A stretch of DNA of 64,000 nt from a virus. A program made the position numbers and the translations under genes. The notes under the pieces were generated by a model. The model saw only the letters and a program-made list of their open reading frames with translations, was not told the origin of the DNA and made no database searches. Position 1 is the stretch's first letter; each line of letters opens with the position of its first letter. The stretch lies in IMG/VR virus record IMGVR_UViG_3300009159_000032; one strand, 5' to 3'. Positions 24,575 through 34,639 of this stretch are shown here, one piece after another.

Positions 24575-25491
24575 AAGAATTATGGGTAGAAAAATATCGG
24601 CCTAAGAAAGTCAGTGACTACGTCTTTAGAGACGAGAATCAAAAACGACAAGTTGAGAATTGGATCAAGGAAGGTTCTATTCCGCACTTGTTGTTGAGTG
24701 GTAGTGCTGGTATTGGAAAAACTACTCTAGCAAAAGTACTATGCAACGAGCTAGGCATTGAAGATTTTGATGTACTTGAAATCAATGCAAGTCGAGACAA
24801 TAACGTAGAAACTGTACGTGACAAGATTATCAACTTTGTACAGATGATTCCATTTGGTCCGTTCAAAGTAGTGTTACTGGACGAAGCTGATTATCTTACT
24901 CCTAACGCACAGGCAATCTTACGTGGGGTTATGGAAACATACAGTAACCACAGTAGATTTATTCTTACCTGCAATTATCCGAATAGAATTATTCCTGCTA
25001 TTCACAGTCGTTGTCAAGGTTTCCATGTAGAGAAAACTGATCAAACAGAATACACTGCTCGAGTGGCTACTATTTTGATCGAAGAAGACATTGAGTTTGA
25101 TTTAGATGTGCTTGATACATTTGTTAAGGCAGCATATCCTGATCTGCGTAAGTGTATTAATCTAGTACAGCAATCTGTTACAGATAAAAAACTTCATTCA
25201 CCAGAAGCAAACGATACAGGTATATCTGATTGGAAGATTGATATGGTGCAGTTGTTCAAAGCTAGACAGATTCAGCAGGCACGTAAACTGATCTGTAGCA
25301 AGGCCAAGCCAGAAGAAATTGAAGATGTGTTCCGCTGGATGTATGACAACGTAGATTTGTTCGGTGCCGACGAAGAGTCTAAAGACTCAGCTGTTATTAT
25401 TATCAAACAAGGGCTGTGTGATCATGCCCTTATTGCAGACCCAGAAATTAATTTGTCTGCAACACTGATCAAATTAGCAAGACTACAATAA
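24571..25491 (+). CDS. clamp loader ATPase subunit (T4 gp44 / RFC-small-like)
   Basis: LWVEKYRP, Walker A GSAGIGKT, LEINAS, Walker B LLDEAD, and SRC motif (HSRC). Confidence 0.93.
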   Translation: MKELWVEKYRPKKVSDYVFRDENQKRQVENWIKEGSIPHLLLSGSAGIGKTTLAKVLCNELGIEDFDVLEINASRDNNVETVRDKIINFVQMIPFGPFKVVLLDEADYLTPNAQAILRGVMETYSNHSRFILTCNYPNRIIPAIHSRCQGFHVEKTDQTEYTARVATILIEEDIEFDLDVLDTFVKAAYPDLRKCINLVQQSVTDKKLHSPEANDTGISDWKIDMVQLFKARQIQQARKLICSKAKPEEIEDVFRWMYDNVDLFGADEESKDSAVIIIKQGLCDHALIADPEINLSATLIKLARLQ

Positions 25492-25493
25492 AA

Positions 25494-25536
25494 AATCAGG
25501 TAGTGTGCAGGTCGATAAACGATTCACTACCTGATT
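25494..25536. terminator. long inverted repeat between convergent genes
   Basis: aatcaggtagtg / cactacctgatt 12-bp stem with a 19-nt loop. Confidence 0.6.
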
Positions 25537-25570
25537 ATACGCTTTTTAATTAAAGTGGTATTATAGCTGC

Positions 25571-26308
25571 TTATTCGTTTTCTGATTCCTTATAAATTTT
25601 AAGAACTTCTTTGACTACTGGATGTCTCTCTACATCTTTTGTCTCAAACCTCGCCATAGCAATCATTCGGAAATCACCTCCTTCATCGAATAAACTGCAA
25701 AATTCTAATAGACCGTTTTCACGCGGACGGTCCGCTTGGTTTAAATCTCCTGTAACTACCATACGGCTATTTTCGCCAATACGTGTTAACAACATTTTCA
25801 TCTGTGACGGTGTGGCGTTTTGCATTTCGTCAGCAATAACAAAAGCGTTCTTAAATGTACGCCCTCGCATATAAGCCAACGGTGATATTTCTATCACTCC
25901 ATCATCGAGCATATCAGCTATTTCTCGAGGATGGTAATACTCTTCAAATACATCAAAAATAGGTCTAGTCCAAGGCTCCATTTTTTGATTCAACGTACCG
26001 GGTAAAAATCCGTGTTCTTCATCCACACTGACAGCAGGTCGTGTAACAATTATTTTACTAATTGCACCTTCCTTGAACAATTTAATTGCCATTTGAACTG
26101 CCAACATAGTTTTACCTGTACCGGCTGGGCCGATAGCAAATACTATGAATTTACGGGGGTTTTTCAACATTTCTAGATATGTTTCCTGGCTTATATTGCG
26201 AGGAACTATATTGACCTGTTGTTTCTTACGCAGATACTGATTAATTTGAATCAAATTTTGTTGCTCGGGACGAACCATAGTTCTTTCCTTACGTTTTGCT
26301 CTAGACAA
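25571..26308 (-). CDS. phoH: PhoH-family ATPase
   Basis: GPAGTGKT, TRPAV, LAYMRGRT, DEMQN, LTRIG, GDLNQ. TTG start with AAAGGAGG SD. Confidence 0.95.
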   Translation of the reverse strand: MSRAKRKERTMVRPEQQNLIQINQYLRKKQQVNIVPRNISQETYLEMLKNPRKFIVFAIGPAGTGKTMLAVQMAIKLFKEGAISKIIVTRPAVSVDEEHGFLPGTLNQKMEPWTRPIFDVFEEYYHPREIADMLDDGVIEISPLAYMRGRTFKNAFVIADEMQNATPSQMKMLLTRIGENSRMVVTGDLNQADRPRENGLLEFCSLFDEGGDFRMIAMARFETKDVERHPVVKEVLKIYKESENE

Positions 26309-26393
26309 ATTATGCCTCCTTTGTGAGCGACCTGCATATATAATTATCTCAATATTGTAAAAAGCTAATCAAATAGGTCTTTTTTGAATAGCA

Positions 26394-26399
26394 TAAATA
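26394..26399 (+). promoter_or_regulatory. putative late promoter TAAATA
   Basis: 21 nt upstream of 26421. Confidence 0.6.
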
Positions 26400-26420
26400 T
26401 TATCATAAAAGAGAACTCTC

Positions 26421-26978
26421 ATGCACGACATTGTAGACATTATTAAAAACATACAAACTATCAGTTCCAATGACACAGCATTTAAAATACTTAAAGATTT
26501 TGAACGTGTGTTAGATGAGCTAGATATCTATGTTTTTGACAACTGGAAGGACGGCGAATTAATACAAGGCCCCGAAGTTAACAGATATTCTGTTAGCTGT
26601 GAATTTATGTGGCCTAGAGAAAACATGCCTGATCCAGAAGGCGGTACAAGATTGCTAGACTACGGTTGCAAAGTGATCTACAAAAAAGACAATCTCATGG
26701 TTCCACGCAAAGTGTATAGTCCTGACGATTTTCGACCAGGAACTAAAAAAGGTAAAATAGATGCTCATCCTATTTGGCGTGTAACTATTATAATTCCTAA
26801 AAAGTTAATGCAGGATATCTTCCAAGGATACACTGATAAAGAGAATCGTGCTCTTGCAGATTCAATGAAATATGAACAAATGCTTCAGGCTAATCAGCAG
26901 GCAATGTCCGCAGGTCCAGAAGATGCGGCAGCAGGAGCAACAACAGGAGAAGCAGGTGCAGAAGTTCCGACTATTTGA
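26421..26978 (+). CDS. hypothetical protein
   Basis: 185 aa ORF behind a late-type promoter. Confidence 0.8.
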   Translation: MHDIVDIIKNIQTISSNDTAFKILKDFERVLDELDIYVFDNWKDGELIQGPEVNRYSVSCEFMWPRENMPDPEGGTRLLDYGCKVIYKKDNLMVPRKVYSPDDFRPGTKKGKIDAHPIWRVTIIIPKKLMQDIFQGYTDKENRALADSMKYEQMLQANQQAMSAGPEDAAAGATTGEAGAEVPTI

Positions 26979-27705
26979 AGGACTACGTAGAGGTGATCTA
27001 CAGGGATTTGTAGAAACAACTTTTAGCGTTGACCAATTTACCAGCAAGATGGGTGAAGATGCCAATGTTGCTGTTGTGGGTTTTAAAGTAAACGATAAAC
27101 ATCCAGCTATGGATTTAATGGAGTTTATTGAAAAAGGTTATGACTTTGTTTTAGATGCTGATATCAGTTCTGGCGAAGGCAAGGACGGCAAGTATCAAGT
27201 ATTTGTAGAAATTGAAAGATCTAGAAGACTACCAGAACAGATTAAAGAATTAGTAGGCGGAGTTAGTAGATTAATTGACAGCAAAGATTGGAGATTTAGA
27301 TATTATAGAGATTCTAAAAGCTACGAATTTTCTGAAGAAGCTATTTCAGAAAGTGTGCCACTGACCAGTGATTCATACAAAACAAAAATGTTAGAAATGA
27401 AAAATGTCACAGTTGGTGAATTTTTTAATCAAACACCTTTTGAATCAATTCGTATAGACGAAAACGATCATATTACCATTGTCAAACCCTATTCAGGTTA
27501 TGTCAACATGGAACTGTTAGCAATGGGCAAATACGAAGATATCAAAGACAGTCTTCAAGGTGCTATCCAACTAGACGAAGCTAGCCAGAGTCAGGTTAAT
27601 TTCCTTGAGAAATATCTAGGTAATTACGAAATACATAAAATTAACAACAAATTTTTAATTAGAAACGGCGACCAGGCGGTTGTTGTTACAAAAGAGAGAT
27701 GGTAA
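26956..27705 (+). CDS. hypothetical protein (GTG start, MQKFRLFEGL...)
   Basis: AGGAG SD 6 nt before GTG 26956. The track's upstream extension lies inside the previous gene. Confidence 0.75.
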   Translation: MQKFRLFEGLRRGDLQGFVETTFSVDQFTSKMGEDANVAVVGFKVNDKHPAMDLMEFIEKGYDFVLDADISSGEGKDGKYQVFVEIERSRRLPEQIKELVGGVSRLIDSKDWRFRYYRDSKSYEFSEEAISESVPLTSDSYKTKMLEMKNVTVGEFFNQTPFESIRIDENDHITIVKPYSGYVNMELLAMGKYEDIKDSLQGAIQLDEASQSQVNFLEKYLGNYEIHKINNKFLIRNGDQAVVVTKERW

Positions 27706-27725
27706 TAAAAACATAAGAGGTAACA

Positions 27726-28352
27726 ATGAGTTTTACATTTGAATTTGAAGAAAAACACTTAGAAGCAATGCTACATAATAATCCTTATGTAGATCAATGG
27801 TATAATGCGTTACATGAGATACTACCAGAATACAATATCAATACTCCCCAGCGTGTGGCTGCGTTCCTTGCCCAATGTGCTCACGAAAGCGGTGGGTTTA
27901 AATTTTTAAAAGAAAATTTAAATTACAAAGCAAAAAGTCTACGTACAGTATTTCCAAAGTACTTTACAGATGATAGTATTGCCGCACAATACGCCAACAA
28001 GCCTGAAATGATTGCCAACAGAGTCTATGCCAGTCGCATGGGCAATGGTGACGAATCTAGTGGTGACGGATATCGTTATTGTGGTCGTGGACTTATTCAA
28101 TTAACAGGTAAAGATAACTATTCATGGTTCGCTGCCAGTCTTGACATGACTCCAGAAGATGTTGCAGAATATCTAGGAACATTTGAAGGTGCTGTACAAT
28201 CAGCTTGCTGGTTTTGGGAAAACAACAACTTGAACGTAGAAGCTGACGCAGGCGATATTAAGAAAATGACCAAGAAGATTAACGGTGGTTATATTGGTCT
28301 TGAAGATCGTATCAAACATTACGAACACGCATTACACGTATTTGGAGTCTAA
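27726..28352 (+). CDS. endolysin, glycoside hydrolase family 19
   Basis: AFLAQCAHESGGF, GRGLIQLTGKDNY, KKINGG.IGLEDR. Confidence 0.92.
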   Translation: MSFTFEFEEKHLEAMLHNNPYVDQWYNALHEILPEYNINTPQRVAAFLAQCAHESGGFKFLKENLNYKAKSLRTVFPKYFTDDSIAAQYANKPEMIANRVYASRMGNGDESSGDGYRYCGRGLIQLTGKDNYSWFAASLDMTPEDVAEYLGTFEGAVQSACWFWENNNLNVEADAGDIKKMTKKINGGYIGLEDRIKHYEHALHVFGV

Positions 28353-28355
28353 CCA

Positions 28356-28814
28356 ATGTGGCAGATAATGTGGATACTTTCACTACTACCTGATTGGGTC
28401 TATCATCTTATTACTATTGCAGGTGTACTAGGATTAATTGCAGCCTGGGTTTTAAAATTTATTCCTTTTATCAGCACATATAGACTGCCTATTCAAGTAG
28501 GTAGTGTTATTGCCTTGTTGTTTGGAATATGGATGGAAGGCGGCATTGTTAACGAAGCTAAATGGCAGACTAGAGTTAAAGAACTTGAAGAAAAAGTTGC
28601 AGTAGCAGAAACACAGTCAAAAGAAGAAAATGTTAAGATTGTAACCAAGGTTGTTACAAAAACACAGATTGTAAAAGTTCGTGGAAACGATATTGTAAAA
28701 TATGTTGACAGAGAAATTGTAAAATACGATACAAAATTTGCTCCCGGCGGGATCTGCGAGATTCCTAAAGAGTTTATTAAAGCACACAACGATTCAGCAG
28801 AGGTACCAAAATGA
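28356..28814 (+). CDS. i-spanin (Rz-like)
   Basis: N-terminal TM helices plus coiled coil, directly after the endolysin. Confidence 0.7.
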   Translation: MWQIMWILSLLPDWVYHLITIAGVLGLIAAWVLKFIPFISTYRLPIQVGSVIALLFGIWMEGGIVNEAKWQTRVKELEEKVAVAETQSKEENVKIVTKVVTKTQIVKVRGNDIVKYVDREIVKYDTKFAPGGICEIPKEFIKAHNDSAEVPK

Positions 28815-29098
28815 ATTTGCTTAAATTATTTGTATTAACAATTTGTATTATACTTGCATTCTTAGCAACAGGATGTAGCACAGTAGTACCTGTAACTATG
28901 AAATTTCCCGAAGCACCAGGTAATATAGCATTAACAGCCTGTCCTCAACTGCAAAAACTACAAGAAGATGCTAAATTAAGCGATATTAGCAAGACTGTTT
29001 CTGTAAATTACACAACTTATTACGAATGTGCTGTAAAAACAGATGCATGGATAGAATGGTATCAAAAACAAAAGCAAATATTTGAAAAAGTAAAATAA
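28811..29098 (+). CDS. o-spanin lipoprotein (Rz1-like)
   Basis: Signal peptide with lipobox LATG-C, then a Pro-rich segment. Follows the i-spanin. Confidence 0.75.
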   Translation: MNLLKLFVLTICIILAFLATGCSTVVPVTMKFPEAPGNIALTACPQLQKLQEDAKLSDISKTVSVNYTTYYECAVKTDAWIEWYQKQKQIFEKVK

Positions 29099-29127
29099 CG
29101 GCAATCATTATATTTGCATTTAACAAA

Positions 29128-29133
29128 TAAATA
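29128..29133 (+). promoter_or_regulatory. putative late promoter TAAATA
   Basis: 25 nt upstream of the holin start. Confidence 0.55.
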
Positions 29134-29158
29134 CACTGTACACTTAAAGGAGCCTGCT

Positions 29159-29614
29159 ATGGCAGAAGAACAAAAAGTAGAGAAAAAAGACGAAGATTGG
29201 ATGCAAAAGAAATGGCGTCCAGCTATGGGCTGGATGTATATGGGCATTTGTACACTAGACATGGGTATATTTCCAATTCTATGGAGTGTGCTACAAACAG
29301 TGACTCATGCACCACTTACACAATGGCAACCGCTGACACTACAGGGAGCAGGCCTGTTCCATGTAGCCATGGGTGCTGTTTTAGGTATTGCTGCATTTGG
29401 TCGCACACAAGAAAAATTAGCTGGCGCTGCACAAAACCCTGCACCTGCACCAACGCCAGTTTCATCATTTGCACCGGCACCTGATAATTCAGGGTTTGGG
29501 GGAGGTTTTACAGCACCTGTTACAACACCGTCATTTAGTGCAGCTAAGCCGCCAGTCGTAACTTCCAGCAGTGGAAAGCCAGGACCAGCACAACAACCGA
29601 TGCCAGAACTATAA
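29159..29614 (+). CDS. holin (GTA_holin_3TM-like)
   Basis: WRPAMGWMYM..., PLTLQGAGLFH, LGIAAFGRTQEK hydrophobic core. Start at MAEEQK with AAGGAG SD. Confidence 0.7.
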   Translation: MAEEQKVEKKDEDWMQKKWRPAMGWMYMGICTLDMGIFPILWSVLQTVTHAPLTQWQPLTLQGAGLFHVAMGAVLGIAAFGRTQEKLAGAAQNPAPAPTPVSSFAPAPDNSGFGGGFTAPVTTPSFSAAKPPVVTSSSGKPGPAQQPMPEL

Positions 29615-29624
29615 AGGAATAACA

Positions 29625-29822
29625 ATGAAAAAATTATTAGCACTATTGATAGCATCAGCATTTATCATGCCAGTTATGGCTGAAGATGTTAAGCCAGAAG
29701 TCAAGAAAGTTTGTATCAAACAAAAAGACGCTAAAACAGGCAAAGAAAAAGAAGTCTGTAAGAATGTAAAGAAACATAAAAAACACGAAGGCACCGAAGT
29801 ACCTACTGGTAAGAAAAAGTAA
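29625..29822 (+). CDS. small secreted basic protein
   Basis: Signal peptide MKKLLALLIASAFIMPVMA, a Cys pair and a Lys-rich body. Confidence 0.7.
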   Translation: MKKLLALLIASAFIMPVMAEDVKPEVKKVCIKQKDAKTGKEKEVCKNVKKHKKHEGTEVPTGKKK

Positions 29823-29828
29823 TTTTAT

Positions 29829-29857
29829 TTGACACAACCAAAAAGGTATAGTATAAT
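29829..29857 (+). promoter_or_regulatory. consensus sigma70 promoter
   Basis: TTGACA-17 nt-TATAAT. The -10 lies in the loop of an 11-bp inverted repeat. Confidence 0.9.
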
Positions 29858-29877
29858 AGCTATACCTTTTTTCTTTT

Positions 29878-30699
29878 ATGGAATATTACAATACACTAGG
29901 AATAACCAAAGATGCTGGCCCCGATGAAATCAAACGGGCTTATCGCAGTCTTGCATCTAAACATCATCCAGATAAAGGTGGCGACACTGCAACATTCCAA
30001 AAGATACAAGAGGCATACGCAACACTAAGCGACCCTCAGAAAAAATCCGAATACGATAATCCAAGGCCTCAAATGGAGGGATTCCATTTTGGTGGAGGTG
30101 GTATGCCTCAAGGATTTGAACAATTTTTTCATCAGTTTGGACCAAACATTGGAGACCTATTTGGTAGGAATAGGGCCATGCGTAATCGAAACATTAATCT
30201 AGAAACACAAATTGATTTAGAAGAAGCATATCGAGGTAAGGATGTCATTGCCAGTTATCGCCTAGGTAACAACAGTGAAAGAACATTTGAAGTAAAAATC
30301 CCCCCCGGCGTACATGACGGAGTAACTTTAAGAATTGCAGGTGCAGGTGATAATCAATATCAACAGTTACCTCCAGGCGATGCAATGTTAACTGTAAGAG
30401 TCCGACAGCATTCAAAATTTCAGCGTAACGGCAATGACCTAGTAGAACAAATTACAATTTCAGCGTTTGATGCCATGTTAGGCCGTGACTTAGAGATAAC
30501 AACCATCGATGGAAATAAATTAACCGTAGGCATAAAAGAAGGAACACAACCTGGCAACATGTTAAGAATACAAGGGTATGGTATGCCTGATTTGAACAAT
30601 CCCAATATCAAAGGTAATCATATGTTGATCATTAATGTTCAAATACCAAATAACCTTACTGAATATCAAAAGAATACAATCCGTTCTATATTACCTTAA
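29878..30699 (+). CDS. dnaJ: DnaJ/CbpA-like co-chaperone (J domain plus C-terminal domains, no Zn finger)
   Basis: YYNTLG, HPDKGG, F..IQEAY..LSD, a G/F-rich linker, and KIPPGV/GDAML C-domain. Confidence 0.92.
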   Translation: MEYYNTLGITKDAGPDEIKRAYRSLASKHHPDKGGDTATFQKIQEAYATLSDPQKKSEYDNPRPQMEGFHFGGGGMPQGFEQFFHQFGPNIGDLFGRNRAMRNRNINLETQIDLEEAYRGKDVIASYRLGNNSERTFEVKIPPGVHDGVTLRIAGAGDNQYQQLPPGDAMLTVRVRQHSKFQRNGNDLVEQITISAFDAMLGRDLEITTIDGNKLTVGIKEGTQPGNMLRIQGYGMPDLNNPNIKGNHMLIINVQIPNNLTEYQKNTIRSILP

Positions 30700-30707
30700 A
30701 TATTATT

Positions 30708-31202
30708 ATGATGAAAATTATTACTTTCCCCGATCCCATTCTTAGAGAAAGAATGCCAGAATTTGATTTTAAAAATCCTGTTATGGATCCAAAAGAATTA
30801 GAAAGAGAAATGATAGCAACTATGTTTGCCAATGACGGTATGGGACTAGCAGCCAATCAAATTGGTGTTCGAGCTCGAATGTTTGTTATGGGAGATAAAA
30901 GAAATTTCCTAATGGCCAAAGCATACTTTAATCCTATCATTGTTGCTAATACAACAGATATACATGATTTGGAAGAGGGATGTTTGAGTTTTCCTGGAGT
31001 TTATGTTAATATAAAAAGACCTACTGGGATACAAGTAGAATATCAAAATGCTGACGGTGAAACAGAAAGAGCAGAATTTCAAGGATATGATTGTAAATGT
31101 TTTTTACATGAGTATGATCATTTAGAAGGAATTACCTATCAAGATAGAGTAAGCACTTTGAAATGGGCATTGGCAGTTAAACAATCAAAAAAGAGGAAAT
31201 AA
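30708..31202 (+). CDS. def: peptide deformylase
   Basis: GMGLAANQIG, EGCLS, HEYDHLEG. Confidence 0.95.
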   Translation: MMKIITFPDPILRERMPEFDFKNPVMDPKELEREMIATMFANDGMGLAANQIGVRARMFVMGDKRNFLMAKAYFNPIIVANTTDIHDLEEGCLSFPGVYVNIKRPTGIQVEYQNADGETERAEFQGYDCKCFLHEYDHLEGITYQDRVSTLKWALAVKQSKKRK

Positions 31203-31207
31203 AAATA

Positions 31208-33478
31208 ATGTTAGAACCAAACAGCGATCTAGAAAAGATTTTTGAAAGAGCAGTTTCGATTGCTTCAAAAAATCAACACGAGTATATCACACTTGAACAT
31301 TTTCTTTATAGTATTGTAACCGACGAAACGTTCAATGCAATACTAAAAGATTTTGGTGCAGAAGTAGATCAGCTAAAAAAGAATTTGGAAAAGTTTATCA
31401 AGGACGATCTGGCAGATATTAAAACTGACAAAGAAGACTATCGTCCTAAAAAGACCAATACTGTTGAACGTATGTTAAACCGTGCATTTACACAGGTGTT
31501 GTTTGGTGGTCGTAATGTCATTGAGCCGGTTGATTGTTTTATCAGTATTTTCAGCGAAAAGAAAAGTTTTGCTAATTTTTTCTTACGTAAAGCAAAGATT
31601 GAAAAAGATAAATTTATTGAGTTTATTGAAAACAGTCCTATGGGAGAAGGTGACGAAATTAGTGAAGCTAGCGGAAATCAATTAGAAAGAATGATTGTAC
31701 AATTCTGCACTAACTTGACTAACAAAGTTAAACAGAAAAAGATTGATCCAGTTATTGGTCGAGAAAAAGAAATTGAAGAGATTCAATTGGCTCTGGCCCG
31801 TAGACAAAAATCCAACGTTATGTTGATTGGCGATCCTGGTGTTGGCAAGACTGCTATTGCAGAAGGACTTGCACGTAAGATCGAAGAAGGCAAAGTTCCT
31901 AAATTTATTCAAGACCACACTGTCTACAGTCTAGACATCAGTGGATTACTAGCAGGCAGCAAGTATCGAGGCGATTTTGAAGAACGTTTAAAAATGGTCA
32001 TTACTGCACTTGAAAAGAAAAAGAATTGTATTCTATTCATTGACGAAGCACACATGATGAACGGTGCGGGTGCAGCCGGAGGGGGTAGTAACGACATGGC
32101 TAATATGCTGAAGCCGGCATTAGGCAAAGGCACACTTAAAGTCGTTGCCTCAACCACGTGGGAAGAATTCCGTAAACACTTTGAAAAGGATCGTGCCCTA
32201 ATGCGTCGATTCCAACGTGTGATTGTGAATGAACCAAACGAAGCAACTTCTATTAAGATTATAAAAGGTCTTAAAAAGTATTACGAACAACATCACGGTG
32301 TTAAGATTACTAATCAAGCTGTCATTGATAGTGTAAAATACAGTATCAAGTATATGACTGATAAACGCCTGCCAGACAAAGCCATTGATTTAATTGACTG
32401 TGCCTGTGCTCGCTTTAAAGTACGTGATCAAGAAAACGGTATTGTTGACCACGACGAAATTGTTTTTGAAGTTAGTAAACTAACAGGTCTTCCATTAGAT
32501 CAAATTGCTGCAAAAGAAAATAAAAATCTCAAAGACCTTGACAAGAATATGCGTAGCAAAGTGTATGGTCAAGAATCTGCAATTGAAATTTTGTTAGATA
32601 AAATCTTTATTGCTCAAGCAGGTTTAAAATCTCTAAACAAACCTGTAGGTAGTTTCTTGTTTACTGGACCAACAGGCGTTGGTAAAACTGAAACTGCAAA
32701 AGTGCTGGCCGCAGGTATGAGTGTAGAACTTGTACGTTTTGATATGAGTGAGTATCAAGAGAAACACAGTGTTGCCAAGTTTATCGGTGCTCCTCCAGGA
32801 TATGTTGGTTTTGAAGACAATGCCGGACTGCTGATCACTAAACTACAAGAACATCCTAACTGTATCTTGTTATTTGATGAGATTGAAAAAGCACATCCGG
32901 ATGTTAGTAATGTCCTATTACAACTAATGGACAATGGCTACGTTACAGGTAGCAACGGTAAAAAAGCAGATGGCCGCAATGCTATTCTTATCATGACCAG
33001 TAACTTAGGGGCCGCTGATGCAGAACGCAATGCTGTAGGCTTTGGTAGTCTTGAAAGAGATGATGACGGTAAAGATGCTGTTAACAGTTTCTTTAAGCCA
33101 GAATTCCGCAATCGTTTAGACGGTATTATTAAGTTTGGAAAACTTGATCATAACACAATGGCTAAAATTGTTAAGAAGTTTATTGACGAACTTAATAGTC
33201 TGCTTAAAGATAAGAATGTTCACGTTAAACTTAATGCAGATGCTGCTGAACTATTAATCAAGAAAGGCTTTAATCGTAAAATGGGTGCCCGCCCACTGCA
33301 ACGTACTATTGACGACATGATTAAAAAGCCACTAAGTAAAGAAATTTTATTTGGTAGACTTGTTAACGGTGGCATTATTGAAATTACAGTTAAGAACAAC
33401 CAACTGTCAATAACATACCCTGAGATTCTTTCAGTTGAGGCTACAAGTGATAAAGATAAAGAGACTGAAAACCAATAA
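31208..33478 (+). CDS. clpA: ClpA-like double-AAA+ unfoldase
   Basis: Clp N-domain, two Walker A motifs (GDPGVGKT, GPTGVGKT), pore loops KYRG and GYVG, VGF ClpP-docking loop, GARPL. Confidence 0.92.
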   Translation: MLEPNSDLEKIFERAVSIASKNQHEYITLEHFLYSIVTDETFNAILKDFGAEVDQLKKNLEKFIKDDLADIKTDKEDYRPKKTNTVERMLNRAFTQVLFGGRNVIEPVDCFISIFSEKKSFANFFLRKAKIEKDKFIEFIENSPMGEGDEISEASGNQLERMIVQFCTNLTNKVKQKKIDPVIGREKEIEEIQLALARRQKSNVMLIGDPGVGKTAIAEGLARKIEEGKVPKFIQDHTVYSLDISGLLAGSKYRGDFEERLKMVITALEKKKNCILFIDEAHMMNGAGAAGGGSNDMANMLKPALGKGTLKVVASTTWEEFRKHFEKDRALMRRFQRVIVNEPNEATSIKIIKGLKKYYEQHHGVKITNQAVIDSVKYSIKYMTDKRLPDKAIDLIDCACARFKVRDQENGIVDHDEIVFEVSKLTGLPLDQIAAKENKNLKDLDKNMRSKVYGQESAIEILLDKIFIAQAGLKSLNKPVGSFLFTGPTGVGKTETAKVLAAGMSVELVRFDMSEYQEKHSVAKFIGAPPGYVGFEDNAGLLITKLQEHPNCILLFDEIEKAHPDVSNVLLQLMDNGYVTGSNGKKADGRNAILIMTSNLGAADAERNAVGFGSLERDDDGKDAVNSFFKPEFRNRLDGIIKFGKLDHNTMAKIVKKFIDELNSLLKDKNVHVKLNADAAELLIKKGFNRKMGARPLQRTIDDMIKKPLSKEILFGRLVNGGIIEITVKNNQLSITYPEILSVEATSDKDKETENQ

Positions 33479-34139
33479 GCTGTTTTTTAACAAGTGGCCT
33501 TACAAGGTCAGTTGTAAAGTTTCTGGTGCAAGCAGGGTTGTTGCACTAGGCTTAGATCGTGCCGAAAAATGGTGTAAGGGAGAGTGGTCACCTCCTTTTA
33601 ATTCCTCTCGTATGAATGTTACTGATAAACCAGATCTATTAAAGTTTGTTAGGTCCATTAAAAGTTTAACTCTATTAAAAGAAGACGTTAAGGTTAGAGC
33701 CGAAGGCGCACATTTTAATATGTTTTTTAAAGATCCTACAATTTTGAAAAAAATTGAAAGGAAACTTAGTCCCTGGATTGAAAGCATTACTGAACCTAAT
33801 AGTCAAGAAGAACACGACTTTTTAATGTCTGGTAACAGTAAAAAAGTTCTCTGTGACGAAATACCCAAAGGCAAATATGTGTTTAAAGTGTATCTCAAAG
33901 AATCTATAAAATCAGATACACGAGAACAGTTCCTTCAATGGAGTGAAAAATACGGAGAGGATATAATTTTAGTCAGTCCTACAACATTGCGATGGTTAGC
34001 AGGGCAAAAATTGTACAAGCAAGACCCGTTTTTCTATGTCAACAACGCCTCAATGATGACTATGGTTAGAATTTTCCTTGGTGACAACGTAAGACGTGTG
34101 CATGAATACGTGCCCAGAAATAAGCTAGAACCAGTATAA
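33447..34139 (+). CDS. hypothetical protein (start uncertain)
   Basis: About 230 aa ORF overlapping the clpA end. Confidence 0.75.
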   Translation: MIKIKRLKTNKLFFNKWPYKVSCKVSGASRVVALGLDRAEKWCKGEWSPPFNSSRMNVTDKPDLLKFVRSIKSLTLLKEDVKVRAEGAHFNMFFKDPTILKKIERKLSPWIESITEPNSQEEHDFLMSGNSKKVLCDEIPKGKYVFKVYLKESIKSDTREQFLQWSEKYGEDIILVSPTTLRWLAGQKLYKQDPFFYVNNASMMTMVRIFLGDNVRRVHEYVPRNKLEPV

Positions 34140-34142
34140 ATA
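34135..34142 (+). promoter_or_regulatory. T4 late promoter consensus TATAAATA
   Basis: Exact consensus 21 nt upstream of 34164. Confidence 0.75.
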
Positions 34143-34163
34143 CAGTATCAACCACTGTAAAAT

Positions 34164-34625
34164 ATGCCATCATTAAGTAAAAGTTTCAAATTTGTTGTTC
34201 ATACAGGAGTAGGCTCAACCGCTACTAGTGTAGCAGTAGGATATCCTTTGTATCCCTTTGGAATCTCTGGTACACAGATTTTTACTAGTATAAAAGAGCA
34301 GGGTGCCGGTTATTACGGTACTACTAACGGGTTACATACCCTAGTGGTAGCAACTACCCCAAGTTTTAGAGGTACTGCAACTGTACAGGCAACACTAACA
34401 ACAGACCCTCAAGAAGCAGATTGGTTCAATGTCAGTCCTGCAGAATTCACTTATACAGCTTCAAGTCCAGGATATATCCCCGGACAGTTAATAGGTGCAA
34501 ACCCCAATGGCACTAGCCCCGGTCCTAGAAACGATTACTCAACATTTAATGGTCAATTTACTTGGTTACGTACACGTATTGCAATCGACGAAGGTGCTGT
34601 ACTGTCTATCAAGTACAACTACTAA
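34164..34625 (+). CDS. hypothetical, possibly virion beta-sandwich protein
   Basis: 153 aa, Thr/Gly-rich, behind a late promoter. Confidence 0.7.
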   Translation: MPSLSKSFKFVVHTGVGSTATSVAVGYPLYPFGISGTQIFTSIKEQGAGYYGTTNGLHTLVVATTPSFRGTATVQATLTTDPQEADWFNVSPAEFTYTASSPGYIPGQLIGANPNGTSPGPRNDYSTFNGQFTWLRTRIAIDEGAVLSIKYNY

Positions 34626-34639
34626 GTCAAAAAAATAGC

